Assembly: GCA_951406725.2 (NCBI GenBank)
Contig: OX597836.1
Coordinates: 16,554,001-16,618,000, forward strand
Length of the DNA stretch: 64,000 bases
DNA from: Octopus vulgaris
Taxonomy: Eukaryota
Direction of reading: 5' to 3'
Position numbers and translations under genes: made by a program. Shown one piece after another: positions 30,370-42,803 of the stretch (positions are counted from its first letter, which is position 1; each line of letters opens with the position of its first letter). Under the pieces are notes generated by a model. That model saw only the letters and a list, made by a program, of their open reading frames with translations. It had not been told where the DNA came from and did no database searches.

Positions 30370-30925
30370 CGAAGTGTACGGTATTATATATCCATTACAG
30401 CCGATCTCACCAATCGGTTTCACACTAGGAGTTCAATATATATATAATTAAAATCGGTCAGTAATTCATATAAATCTGAAAAGTACATTCTAAACTTAAG
30501 ACCAGTAATACTCTTATATATATATATAAGAGGAAGACTGCAAGCCGCTAAAAATAGGAAGAGGGAAACCCAGTTTGAAATAGATCCACAGTTCAGGTTC
30601 ATGCGGTGGTCTTCTTCGCGGCCGAGCGATATACATTGCAGTTCAGGGAAATAAGATACCCTGAAGGCTCCGTGTTCAATACGTACGGAAGGTGGCATTT
30701 AGGAAACAGTAGGAGGACATCTATGACTAATGACACCAAGGAAGTAAGTAACAGGCCGAAACAAATGTTTGAAGCGAGTTCTTCCTCTCAAGGTACAACC
30801 TTCTGTCTGCACGCCCCATAACGAGTTCTCATTATAAATACACACACACACACACACACATATCTTAGCTGATAAGGAAATAATTTATCTACTTCTCGCT
30901 GAAAGTTCGATGTCAGATATATGAA

Positions 30926-31218
30926 ATATATAAAAGTGAAGTTGTGTGTCTGTCTCCTACGATTTAGATTCCTAACTACTCCCACATTTTGCGGTGCAGT
31001 TTAACCAAAACCGGGTATCTTATAGTCGTGATTCATATCGAGCCCTTCTGGGTATTAGCGCGCATCTACGATGAATCTAAGATTTTTTATTTAAATTACC
31101 ATCATTTTTTTTTCCATTTTTGATGCATTTTTTTGCTATTTTTTGGCTATAACTCTCTAAAAGTGCTTATATAGTTATTTCCCTTACAAACCCGAGCAAC
31201 GCCGGGCGATACTGCTAG
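30926..31218 (+). mobile_element. Non-autonomous Helitron
   Basis: 3' CCCGAGCAACGCCGGG hairpin plus CTAG followed by T; paralogue of 38892-39284. Confidence 0.8.
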
Positions 31219-31604
31219 TATCAAATATAACAAAAGTCTCTTTAACGGCACGAGAATAAAGGGATCATTCCTCTTCCTCTCAGGTTGATACATCTGCGGC
31301 CACTTATAACTGATTAACCAACTACTTATCTTAATCTGTGTCTACGTTTTATAAGAAGGGCTCATTCCTGTTTGTTTTTGTTGTTTTTTTAATTTATTTC
31401 CCTCTACATTTTCACGATACACACACACACCTTCTAGCTATATTTCAGACGTCTACATACAGGCGCAGGCGTGGCTGTGTAGCTTTCCAACAACGTAGTC
31501 CCACTGTGTGACACCTTGGGTTCAGTCCCACTGTGTGGGACACCTTGGGCATGTGTCTTCTACTATAGCCTCGGGCCGACTTGTAAGAGGATTTGGTAGA
31601 CGGC

Positions 31605-31805
31605 TGCGAAATGCGTAGCCGTATTTCGTATGCCGTTACGTTCTGAGTTCAAATTCCGCCGAGGTCGACTTTGCCTTTCGTCCTTTCGGGGTTGATTAAA
31701 TAAGTACCAGTTACGCACTGGGGTCGATGTAATCGACTTAATCCCTTTGTCTGTCCTTGTTTGTCCCCCTCTATGTTTAGCCCCTTGTGGGTAGTAAAGA
31801 AATAG
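31605..31805 (+). mobile_element. Family A SINE nested in a family B SINE
   Basis: Interrupts GTAGACGG|AAACTGAA of a family B copy spanning about 31460-32045. Confidence 0.8.
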
Positions 31806-32585
31806 GAAACTGAAATAAATTCGTCGTGTATATACGTCGTGTGTGTGTGTTTATCGCCCCCATCGATTGACAATCGATATTGATATGCTTATGTCCCCGT
31901 AACTTCGCAGATCGGCAAAAAAGACCAAAAGCAAGTACCAAGTTTTAAAAAAATAAGTACTGGGGTTGATTCGTTCGACTAAAAATTCAAGGCGATGCCC
32001 CAGCATGGCCGCAGTCTGATGAGTGAAACAAGTAAAAGATAAAAAGGTGGTGTGTGTGTGTGTAACAGGTTGTGAAGCTTTTTTTAGCTTCCATGAAATA
32101 GTGTTTTGTGTTAACTGTCGGAATGTTGAACAAGGCGATAGACGAAACTTCGAAGTCCCACACAACTTGGTCTTCAATAAATTTGTGAATATACTCTCAC
32201 TTGTGTGGAACCAACCGTAAATACTCATTTGGTACTCTTAAAAGTGCTTTAAAATATAATATAAACACACACAGATGCATAAATACGTAATTCGGTGTCT
32301 ACATATCTTACGAGAGTATGGACGTCTCCAAAGTACTGGAGCTGAGCAAAGATTTTCTTCTTTGAAGGGCCCCAATCTGCCCCGTTCGTGGGAAGGCCGC
32401 TTATTCTGTCCCGTTCCTGGGAGTCGCCCGGCCTTCATCCCACCGATTATTATTGTCTAAGAGAAAAGCTAAGACTGGCACAGCTTGGTACCAGTGTTGT
32501 CGCAGGGGTTACAATCAAGGACAGCAAGAAAAAAAAATTAATAAAGAATCCGGAACATGTAGTGACTGGAAGGTATTTCGTCCTT

Positions 32586-32794
32586 TAGTACGCCGGGCGA
32601 AATGCTTAGCGGTATTTCGTCTGTCGCTACGTTCTGAGTTCAAATTCCGCCGAGGTCGACTTTGCCTTTCATCCTTTCGGGGTCGATAAATTAAGTACCA
32701 GTTACGCACTGGGGTCGATATAATCGACTTAATCCGTTTGTCTGTCCTTGTTTGTTCTCTCTGTGTTTAGCCCCTTGTGGGTAGTAAAGAAATA
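32586..32794 (+). mobile_element. Family A SINE with TSD
   Basis: Flanked by AGGTATTTCGTCCTT/AGGTGTTTCGTCCTT. Confidence 0.9.
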
Positions 32795-33200
32795 GGTGTT
32801 TCGTCCTTCCCTCTAATAAATTTCATTAACCCACGGACCTGGGATGTTTACCTTTATTTAAAGTCCTCGCCAGTATTTGAACTGAAGACATAGGAGAGAT
32901 CTGAACACACAGCACCATTAAAGAAGACTGGGTGAATGGATCTGCTAATTCCCCGTTGCTGTGTTCTTTTAAAATATATATATATATATATATATAAAAG
33001 CAAGCGAGTGAGAGATAAAAGGACATCACATCCACCCACGTTTCCCTCCGTCCGATCTGTCAAATGTTTGATGTTGACAACAGAGAGAAGGAAAAACTGA
33101 AGCCAAAAAAAAGGGGAGAAAGAGAGAAAGAGACGGTATTGGCAGTAATAATAAGTTAAAAGTTGTGGTTCGAACAGTTAATGGCAAGTAACATACATAC

Positions 33201-33305
33201 CTCGTATAAAACTTTCTCCTTGTCGCTCCGTCCCGAGCAAATGTCACAGAAGACACATTTGGCCGGGACTTTGTCACCAGCTTCGGTCGTCTCTGGGTCT
33301 GCCAT
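33201..33305 (-). CDS. HINT3: First coding exon of a histidine-triad (HIT) protein, HINT3-like
   Basis: CAAGATGG start; 35 codons MADPETTEAGDKVPAKCVFCDICSGRSDKEKVLYE with the HIT N-terminal CVFC; phase-0 donor GAG|GTATGT; downstream exons not found. Confidence 0.7.
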
Positions 33306-33361
33306 CTTGGATATGCGTGTGTTTTACGGAGGGGAAGTAACTCTGGTTGGAATCATGAACT

Positions 33362-33413
33362 AGCAGCAGCAGCAGCAGCGGCGGCGGCGATATTGGTGGT
33401 AGTAGTAGTAGTA

Positions 33414-33481
<68 letters not shown>

Positions 33482-33494
33482 GGTGGTGGTAGTA

Positions 33495-33550
<56 letters not shown>

Positions 33551-33563
33551 GGTGGTGGTAGTA

Positions 33564-33607
<44 letters not shown>

Positions 33608-33716
33608 GGTGGTGGTGGTGGTGGTGGTGGTGGTGGTGGTGGTAGTAGTAGTGGTGGTGGTGGTGGTGGTGGTGGTGGTGGTAGTAGTGGTGGTGGTGGT
33701 GGTGGTAGTAGTGGTA
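33362..33716. repeat. (CAG)(CGG) run followed by about 320 bp of (GTA/GTG)n, just upstream of the HINT3-like ATG
   Basis: Direct reading of the sequence. Confidence 0.95.
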
Positions 33717-34014
33717 TTGTTTATCCCTAAGTCAGATCTCTAATCTGGCAGAGTTATAATCAAAACACACACGCACATATATGTATATGTATGTACGTAT
33801 GTATGTATGTATGTATGTATGTATGTATGTATGTATGTATGTATGTATGTATGTATGTATGTATGTATGCACATTTGTATGTATGTACGTTTGTATGTAT
33901 GTGTGTATGTATGTATGTATGTATGTACGTATGAATGTATGTATGTACGTTTGTATGTATGTATGTACGTTTGTATGTATGTATGTATGTATGTATGTAT
34001 GTATGTATGTATTA

Positions 34015-34270
34015 TATCATCATCATCATCATCATCATCGTTTAACGTCCGTTTTCCGCGCTAGCACGGGTTGGACGGTTCGACCGGGGCTGCCCCAGGC
34101 TCCAGTCTGATCTGGCAGTGTTTCTACGGCTGGATGCCCTTCCTAACGCCAACCACTCCGTGAGTGTAGTGGGTGCTTTTTACGTGCCACCTGCACAGGT
34201 GCCAGAGGGGTCTGGCATCGGCCACGATCGGTTGGTGCCTTTTTATGTGCCACCAGCACAGAAGCCAGTA
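34015..34270 (-). mobile_element. RTE 3' tail inserted in a (GTAT)n array
   Basis: Matches 7089-7340; GTAT repeats on both sides. Confidence 0.85.
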
Positions 34271-34499
34271 TGTATATATGTATGTACGTTTGTATGTATG
34301 TATGTATGTACGTTTGTATGTATGTATGTATACATGTATGTATGTATACATGTATGTATGTATGTATGTATGTATGCTCTTTTTACTCTTTTACTTGATA
34401 AGAAAGAAAGAATTTTCTTCATGGGAAGTAAATGGAAGATGGACAGAGGGAGGATTACATTAAGTTACAAATTAATGTAATTTAATCCCCCAACAAAGC

Positions 34500-35057
34500 C
34501 TGAAACTTTAGGGGATGGGGCTAGTCGATTATATCGACCCCGGTACTCAATGAGTATTTAAGTTATCGACCCCAAAAAGATGAAAGGCAGTCAGCCTCAG
34601 CAAAATTTGAACTCAGAATGTAAAGACAGATAAAATACCTATTTCTTTACTACCCACAAGGGGCTAAACACAGAGAGGACAAACAAGGACAGACAAACGG
34701 ATTAAGTCGATTATATCGACCCCAGTGTGTAACTGGTACTTAATTTATCAACCCCGAAAGGATGAAAGGCAAAGACGACCTTGGTGGAATTTGAACTCAG
34801 AACATAGCGGCAGATGAAATACCTATTTCTTTACTACCCACAAGGGGCTAAACACAGAAAGGACAAACAAGGACAGACAAACGGATTAAGTCGATTATAT
34901 CGACCCCAGTGTGTAACTGGTACTTAATTTATCGACCCCAAAAGGATGAAAGGCAAAGTCGATCTCGGTGGAATTTGAACTCGGAACGTAACGGCAGATG
35001 AAATACTGCTAAGCATTTCGCCCGACGTGCTAACGATTCTGCCAGCTTGCTGACTTG
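34500..35057 (-). mobile_element. Family A SINE multimer (2 full bodies plus an older copy)
   Basis: Repeated about 180-bp bodies joined at GAAATAGGTATTT. Confidence 0.85.
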
Positions 35058-35352
35058 AGATAATTTCTAACACAAGCCAAAGTCCAAAAATATTAGGGGA
35101 GGGGGTTAGTCAATTAAACTAACCTTAGAATTTGTTTAAGCTTAGGTCGTCTCTCTTGAAACAGAACTATGATTAAATCTATTCCACGCATGACCACACC
35201 ATCCCCTATTAAGCCTTTAGCACTTAAACTGGACATACCTGGTCAAATCTGTTCCCTCACTCCTACTCTATAATGTCGCTCTAAAGATAAACTACCACAT
35301 CACCAAAGTCTTGGAATTAGAAGATAATTCATGATTAAAGCAAAACATTCTT

Positions 35353-35720
35353 CATCATCATCATCATCATCATCGTTTAACGTCCATTTTCCATGCTTGC
35401 ATGAGTTGGATTATTCAACTGGGGTCATGGAAGCCAGGAGGCTGCACCAGGCTCCAGTCTGATCTGGCAGTGTTTCTACAGCTGGATGCCCTTCCTAATG
35501 CCAACCACTCCGTGAGTGTAGTGGGTGTTTTTTATGTGCCACCGGCACAGGTGCCAGGGGAGGCTGGCAGCGGCCACAATCAGTTGGTGCTATTTACGTG
35601 CCACCAGCATGGAAGCCAGTCAAGGTGGCACTGGCATCGGCCACGTTCGGATGGTGCTTTTTACGTGCCACCGGCACATGTATCACAACTACAATTTCCA
35701 TTTGATTTTTATTTTGATGT
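35353..35720 (-). mobile_element. RTE 3' UTR fragment
   Basis: (CAT)n GTTTAACGTCC motif and UTR repeats. Confidence 0.85.
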
Positions 35721-36325
35721 TGATAATAAATAATCATTATATCTCAATGCTAAAGAATTAAGACATTCTGTATCAAAGATTACATGATGTTCTTTTATAT
35801 TTATCAAGCTGCCAAACTGATTTGAGGTAGATTTCATTGCTATCAGTAGATGGAGAATCAAACATATAAAATCTATAGAAAATGCCATGTTGGTGTTCCT
35901 GTACTAAACCAATTCTATAAGCTTTAGTCTCTCAGACCCTATAGAATTTTGGCATTATTTCATACAATACCATTCTAGACAGTGTCAGATGTTCTGCTTA
36001 TTTTCAACTTTTTTGTTTATATTTTTACAGAATCCAAGTCATTTGAATTTACTCTCTTTGTATACACTAACCTCATTATTTGGTGTATTAAATATATATA
36101 TATATATATATACTAGCTGAATAGCCCGTCATTGCCAGGCAATTTTTACAATAGAAAGTCTTATATAATTTTTTGTTTATTCCATGTCAGACCTTGCCTT
36201 CCCCAACATATAGACCTCTTGACCAGGACAGATTTGTGCAATTTTTCCCCAAAAAAACTTTGTTGAGGATTTTTTTTCTTTCCAAATTATTTACAGGAAA
36301 TCATCGTTCCCACCTCTAGCCTTAC

Positions 36326-36384
36326 GTGATACACACAGACCCAGGTTTCTGGGTAGTAACCCATCATCAATGTGTGATAATCAC
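36326..36384 (-). ncRNA. Type I hammerhead ribozyme fold (C3U variant)
   Basis: GTGAT TAT CACACA / TTGATGA / TGGG TTACTA CCCA / GAA AC CTGG GT C / TGTGTG T ATCAC; all three helices form and the cleavage triplet is GUC. Confidence 0.7.
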
Positions 36385-36694
36385 CAGCTAGCAATGAGAA
36401 CTCATTCCAAAAGCAAAATACGATATGCTTTTTCCAGTGACAGACTATCACTGATCTCAAAAAAGGAGAAACAAGCAATATCAAATCTTGTTATCTCTGG
36501 CAGTCTTTCCTGCCAATTCCAACACCTCTGCAGCCAAATATTCCATTACAGCAGCCAAGTAGACTGGAGTGTGGCACCAACATGTTGGGCATAGCTTCCT
36601 TTATGGAGAAGACGGTGGATATGACTGACAGATGAAATAAGAGTTAAAAACCACTAGAGCAACAAAGAAACACATGTCTATGCACTGACAGGGA

Positions 36695-36750
<56 letters not shown>

Positions 36751-36919
36751 GGAGATATATATAATTTGATCTGAGATCGTGTGCTGAAACGAAAACAATA
36801 GCGTGGGAGGTGTTTATAAGCCATTTAAGAAACACACAAAGCCGTATACTCCAACATATTTAATTTGTCATATTTTCGTCGCTAAAATCCGACCTGTTCA
36901 CTGACAAAGTCCGTGCGCG

Positions 36920-36966
<47 letters not shown>

Positions 36967-37050
36967 ATCCAAACAAGAAAGCACAAAAAAAACACAACAC
37001 GAGGACGTGGAACAAATGTAGTATTATTGGACGCTCAGGAAAGAAGGAGG

Positions 37051-37085
37051 GTTTAACGTTTCGAGCGGAGCTCTTCATCAGAAAC
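37051..37085 (-). ncRNA. Minimal Penelope-type hammerhead motif
   Basis: GTTT CTGATGA A GAGC TCC GCTC GAA ACGT T AAAC; inside a (TA)n-bounded element at about 36962-37165. Confidence 0.6.
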
Positions 37086-37198
37086 ATAGGTGAAGGAAAG
37101 ATCCAGAGAAGGGAAGACAGAGGGAAAAAAATCGCCAATGGTACACACACGGTCACATTTTGAATGACCGGAAGGAAATGGGTGAAGAAAAGTTCATA

Positions 37199-37229
<31 letters not shown>

Positions 37230-37737
37230 CTCTTATTATAAAAGGCAGATTTTATCTGCCTCCCTTTGGGAGTTATACAAATCTACAATATAGGATTTCT
37301 TCAATTACAATTTACCTTGCATTTTTAAGAGTACAATGCATCGCGTCATGCCAGGTCCAGTTTTTAAAATTTAAACTCCAGTTAAGCAAAATTTACAGAA
37401 AACTCACATTCTGGTGTGTGTGTCAAATGCTTTTCTTAGTCTGGTTTACAGCACACGCAAACGCACACACACAGTGGGCAACGAATAAAATGAAAGTAAT
37501 TGACTTACTGTAGTGAGTGATTCTTTCACTCTGCCTCCCACTTCCTCTTTACACACAGACACGCAAATATATAAATAAAATTGTAAGCTAACGTGCGTGT
37601 GTGTGAGTGGGTGTGTGTGGGTGTGCGCGTGTGTGTGTGAGGGTGCGTGTGTGTGTGTGTGTGTGTGCGTGTGCGTGAGTGTGTGACAGGAAAGTTTTTT
37701 TACGACGAATATAACACCTATATCCAAGTAGCAGAAA

Positions 37738-38105
37738 GATAAGACAGTAAGGTGTGATTTGAGGGAGATTTGGCTGCTATTTCTACCATGTCTAGCTGCC
37801 ATGTAGGGGTCTCCCTCATAGGCTCATACATACATATATACATAGATAAGACAGTAAGGTGTGATTTGGGGGAAATTTGGCTGCTATTTCTACCAGGTCT
37901 AGCTGCCATGTAGGGGTCTCCTCATAGGCTCATACATACATATATACATAGATAAGACAGTAAGGTGTGATTTGGGGGAAATTTGGCTGCTATTTCTACC
38001 AGGTCTAGCTACCATGTAGAGGTCCCCCTCATTGGCTCATATATACATACATAAGACAGTAAGGTGTGATTTGAGGGAGATTTGGCTGCTGTTTCTACCA
38101 GGTCT
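37738..38105. repeat. About 105-bp tandem repeat, about 3.5 copies
   Basis: ATAAGACAGTAAGGTGTGATTTG recurs at about 37739, 37845, 37952 and 38051. Confidence 0.95.
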
Positions 38106-38468
38106 GTTAGGCCTTCTCATGTAAACTCAAGCTTTCTCATGCCTTCAACATATGACCAAAGCAGAGAATGTATTCTTTTATTCTTCTGCTTTTTCCAGCC
38201 ATTGGTCTGTGGCCATGCTGGGGCAATGCCTTGAAGAATTGTAGTTTAATGAATCAACTCCAGTTTTATTTTTGTAAGCATTGTACTTATTCTATCTGTT
38301 TCCTTTGTCAAACCACTAGGTGACAGGGATGTAAACAAACCAACATTCATTGTCAAGCAGTGGTGGAGGACAATCACAAGCACAGACACACACACACACA
38401 CATACATGCATACACATATACACACATACATACATACATACATATATATATATGTGTGTATATATATA

Positions 38469-38727
38469 TTGCAGCGTGGAAGGTGTTTGTAAGCCATTTA
38501 AGAAACACACAAAAACCGTTACATTCACTTCAACATTTAAATTTAATTTGCCAAAATATTTTCGTCGCTTTCAGACCGCGACCTGTTCACTGACAAAAAT
38601 ATCGTGCTAACAGGTCGCGGTCTCAAAGCGACGAAAATATTTTCACAAATTAAATTTAAATGTTGAAGTGAATCTAACGGTTTTTGTGTGTTTCTTAAAT
38701 GGCTTATAAACACCTTCAACACTGCAA
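38469..38727. repeat. Inverted duplication with about 118-bp arms carrying a GUGAACA hammerhead variant
   Basis: Arms 38469-38587 and 38609-38727; paralogue at about 36770-36910. Confidence 0.85.
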
Positions 38728-38891
38728 CTGTTTTCGTTCCAGCACACGATCTCAGATCAAGTCACTTGCTATGCAAGTACATCTCTGTAACTATATATAT
38801 ATTTATATATATATATATATATGTATATTGGTAAAAACAGTAAGATAACAAAAGAAAGAAAGAGACCTCAATATTATGTAAATAGAGGAAA

Positions 38892-39284
38892 TCTTTATAT
38901 ATAAAAGTGAGGTTGTGTGTCTGTCTCCTACGATTTAGATTCCTAACTACTCCCACATTTTGCGGTGCAGTTTAACCAAAACCGGGTATCTTATAGTCGT
39001 GATTCATATCGAGACCGTCTGGGTATTAGCGCGCGTCTACGATGAGTCTACGATTTAAAAAAAAATTTACCATCAATTTTTCCCATTTTTAATCCATTTT
39101 TGACATATATAAGGGAAGTAACTCTCTAAAATTTATTATTAAATCTCAGAACGTAAAAAGCTACAGTAACACCCTCCCCTTTGTGGTTAGCCATATTGAG
39201 ATGGCTATTATACTTTACATCTCTAAAAATGCTTATATAATTATTTCCCTTACAAACCCGAGCAACGCCGGGCGATACTGCTAG
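38892..39284 (+). mobile_element. Non-autonomous Helitron, complete
   Basis: A|TC start, subterminal hairpin, CTAG|T end, no TSD. Confidence 0.85.
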
Positions 39285-39574
39285 TATATATATAAGAGTG
39301 TGTATGTGCATATACATATCATCTTCATCATCATTGTTTTGATGTCTACAACTTCGTGCTTGCATAGTTTGAACAGAATTCATTGGAACAAATTTTCTGT
39401 GGCTGGGCAGCCTTCCTATATTCAAGCAAGGTAATATTTCTCTATGGTCAAACATTCTTTCATGGAAAACCAGAAACAAGGGATTCCACATGTTTGACAG
39501 TCACACTTATTTACAATCATCCCATGATGCCCAGGGAAGGCTATACAAACGCACATGTGTATTCTTTCTTTTTA

Positions 39575-39966
39575 TTCTTTTACATGCTTCAGTCATTTGA
39601 CTGTGGCCATGCTGGAGCACCGCCTGTAGCCGAGCAGATTGACCCTAGAGCTTATTCTCTGTAAGCCTAGTACTTATTCTATTGGTCTCTTAAACCGAAC
39701 CACTAAGTTACGGGGACATAAACACACCAGCATCAGTTGTCAAGCGCTGTTGGGAGGACAAATACAGACACACAAACATACACACACACACACATACATA
39801 TACGATGGGCTTCTTCCAGTTTCCATCTACCAAATCTACTCACAAGGCTTTGGTCAGCTCGAGGCTATAGTAGGAGACACTTGCCCAAGGTGCCACGCAG
39901 TGGGACTGAACCCATGACCATGTGGTTGGTAAGCAAGCTACTTACCACACAGTCACTCCTGCACCT
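39575..39966 (-). mobile_element. Family B SINE
   Basis: Full tail to head on the reverse strand. Confidence 0.85.
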
Positions 39967-40187
39967 ATGTATGACTGTATGTATGATTGTATATATACGT
40001 CTGTACAAATTTGATGATATACATGGCACAAAAAATCTCAGTACAAACACACACACATATACATAAATGTATATGCATACATACATACAGTCATATATAT
40101 TTTTATTTCTATTAGTATATCCAATAGTTTGGTATGCAAGTACTTATTGACCTTGAACAGAATTTACATACCTCTTTATATATATCT

Positions 40188-40229
<42 letters not shown>

Positions 40230-40524
40230 TTAGGCTAAAACACAGAATTCTTCTGAAAAGATCATTTGGAATGTTGTTGTTGTGTCACATGATGACAGAA
40301 ATTTCTCACAATTAGCTTAATTGTATGTAACAGAAATATGTATAACACAATAGCATTTAAAATCACATATACACACACACATATATTAGTATTTCACTTA
40401 TATAATATATTAATATTTCAGTGACTTACATGTAGTGATACTTATAACTGGGTGTTAGGACTCAATTTACACTCTGCTTCAGAAAAAAGCATTAGCCAAG
40501 TACAGAGTGCAATAAGAAGTTGAA

Positions 40525-40780
40525 TAAATTGACAAAGGGGCGAGAAATTATGTAATGAACTTCGTTAGCTCACAGCTGTTTCTGCTATAAGATGCAAAGC
40601 TCTCATGGTCGAGTGCTTATGTATCACCTTATAGCTTTGTCAGAGTTCATTTTTAAGCTCTGATAAAGCTATAAGGTGATACACAACCTCCCAACTATGA
40701 GTGCATTGTATTTTATAGCAGAAACAGCTGTGAGCTAATGAAGCTCATGATCATATTTTCTTATTCCATTGTCATTTATA
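40525..40780. repeat. Inverted duplication of a Penelope-like terminus with degenerate hammerhead motifs
   Basis: Right arm AGCT CTGATAA A GCTATAAG...TTTATAGC A GAA ACAGCTGT G AGCT, mirrored in the left arm; related copy at about 28620-28710. Confidence 0.8.
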
Positions 40781-41062
40781 TACCCTTTATATATATATAT
40801 ATATTTTGCACATTACTTAATCATCGTTATATGTTTTACCTTATAATTTAATCTTTCTATAATATGTAATTTTTCTAAATGGTATAATTTAATTTTTCAT
40901 TATTGAATTGATAAAAGGTGGTTTTTTTCTAATTTATATATATATATATATTATATTTTGTGAAATTTGATTTAGTATTTCTAAATTGAAGTTTGGAAGA
41001 ATATTCCCTCATATTAATATTATTATTATTATTATTTATATATATATATATATATAAATATG

Positions 41063-42039
41063 GGTTATGATTTTTTGAAATTAAACAATTTCCAGTATCA
41101 AAGGTTGATGAACAATTTCATATGAGTTGGAAAAATAACCTTAATTTTTATTTTTTTTTTAAATGTCACCCCCAATTGAAGAACTCCAACACCACTTTTG
41201 ATCCAAATCATCCAAAATTCTAGTGGGGGTTCATAATGCCTACTCAAGTTTTTACCAAACTTGGTCTGCTGACTTAATGCAATGCAGAAGCAGTATATCT
41301 CAAATTTCAGCTTTCAAGTTTGGGTAGTTTAGGAGTTATAGGGGTTTTAATTTGTTACCACTTAGGCCCTACGTTAGGAAATACCCTCTTCCTCTCCTTT
41401 CTATTTCTGTGATGCTAAAAACTCTGACTGTGTTAACTGTTTTTCAGAATAATAGGCTTATCCAACTGGAGTATCTAAAATAATGTCACTCAAAGAAACA
41501 AAAAAATTTGGACGAAGAATCTCATGCAATTTCAAGGCTCGCATAGGAAAAGAAAACCTGTTCCTCTAGAAGAGCATTCTTTGGTCCATAACTACAGGAT
41601 ACCAATGAAACTTCAAATTGTCAATCACTACCTCTTCCTTGGAGGTACCATCAAAGGAAAGAAAGAACAAAGGAAATTTCAAAAGAAGTAACTTTTTTTA
41701 TGGCAAAAGAAATTAAATTTCCCATATTTATCAATTCAGAATGTACAAGTAAAAGTAGAAAAGGTACTGAATACCTATGATGAATGTGTAAAACAAGAAA
41801 AATACGATTCATTGAAAAGAACTTTTGACATCACAATGGAAAATGGTGAATGGCTGTGCAGGGAGGATAGAAGGTTATATTATCTTCAAACTGAAAGCAA
41901 GGGACAGTTTGGGTATGCAACTGGAAAGGTAGCAAGTTCCAAAACTATCCATCCATCCAAAAAAAGAAAAGTGTCCTTAATGCCAACTTCAACAAGAGCA
42001 ACTCTTTTCAATTTTCTTTTATTTGATTTAACCCATTAG
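41063..42039 (+). pseudogene. Degenerate DNA-transposon 5' end and transposase N-terminus (possibly Sola-like)
   Basis: Frameshifted coding ..IPMKLQIVNHYLFL../KEVTFLWQKKLNFPYLSIQNVQVKVEKVL..FDITMENGEWLCREDRRLYYLQ..TIHPSKKRK; family assignment is tentative. Confidence 0.5.
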
Positions 42040-42509
42040 AAATAATGGTAGGATCAACACTAAGTTTTGAAGAAAGGAAATTTTTCCTAAAGTGCTTCAA
42101 GAAGTTTTGAAAATGCAATCAAAATGCAAGGACAGTTTAGGAGAGAGTCTCACACAAATCAATGTTTGTCATTTACTATCGCTCAAATTGGCATTTGAAG
42201 AAATGAAATTGTTCAGAAAGTCCACAAGAGAAAATGTTCTGGAAGACCAAAGACATAAATGAGCCCCAGAAAGCAAGAAAATCTGGATGCCATTCCAAAC
42301 ACCAACCACAGTACAGAGTGTTTCTTCCTATGGCACTAGCACTGCTGCAGTCACTATGCAGCCTGCAAGTCCAAGGTCTGCTTCAACTGAGCAGGACAAC
42401 AGTGAAGAGGGAGGGGACAGCTTTATGCCTTTGAATTACAGGGTAAGGTGAGAGAGAAAGGGGCCAGAACAGAAAAGATATTTTGCTGTAGAGAAGCTAC
42501 ATGGCTACA

Positions 42510-42803
42510 CACTGAACACCTTTTTGATCTCCATGTGTCTAACACACGTGGACATGCCTACAAAGTCAGAAAACAACACAGCTCCCATGACTTTCGGAAA
42601 CATTTCTTCACGCTCAGAGTTGCTGAAGCATGGAATAAACTGCCTGCGTCAGTTGTTGACTGCCATGACACTGCATCCTTTAAGGCCCTCATGCTTTCCG
42701 AAATCTGTTGAAACTACACCTGATTATATATGCATTTTAGATGAGTTGTAGTGCACCTGAGCACTATACACAATGTTTATTATTATTATTATTATTATTA
42801 TTA
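42510..42803 (+). mobile_element. CR1-clade LINE 3' fragment
   Basis: TRGHAYKVRK..RKHFFTLRVAEAWNKLPASVV..FK; (TTA)n tail. Confidence 0.85.

Noticed and set aside
30420-30821. Overlapping 92-aa and 71-aa ORFs in unique CpG-rich DNA
   Set aside because: No recognisable domain or exon structure.
33393-33743. Poly-valine ORF
   Set aside because: (GTA/GTG)n repeat with a non-ATG start.
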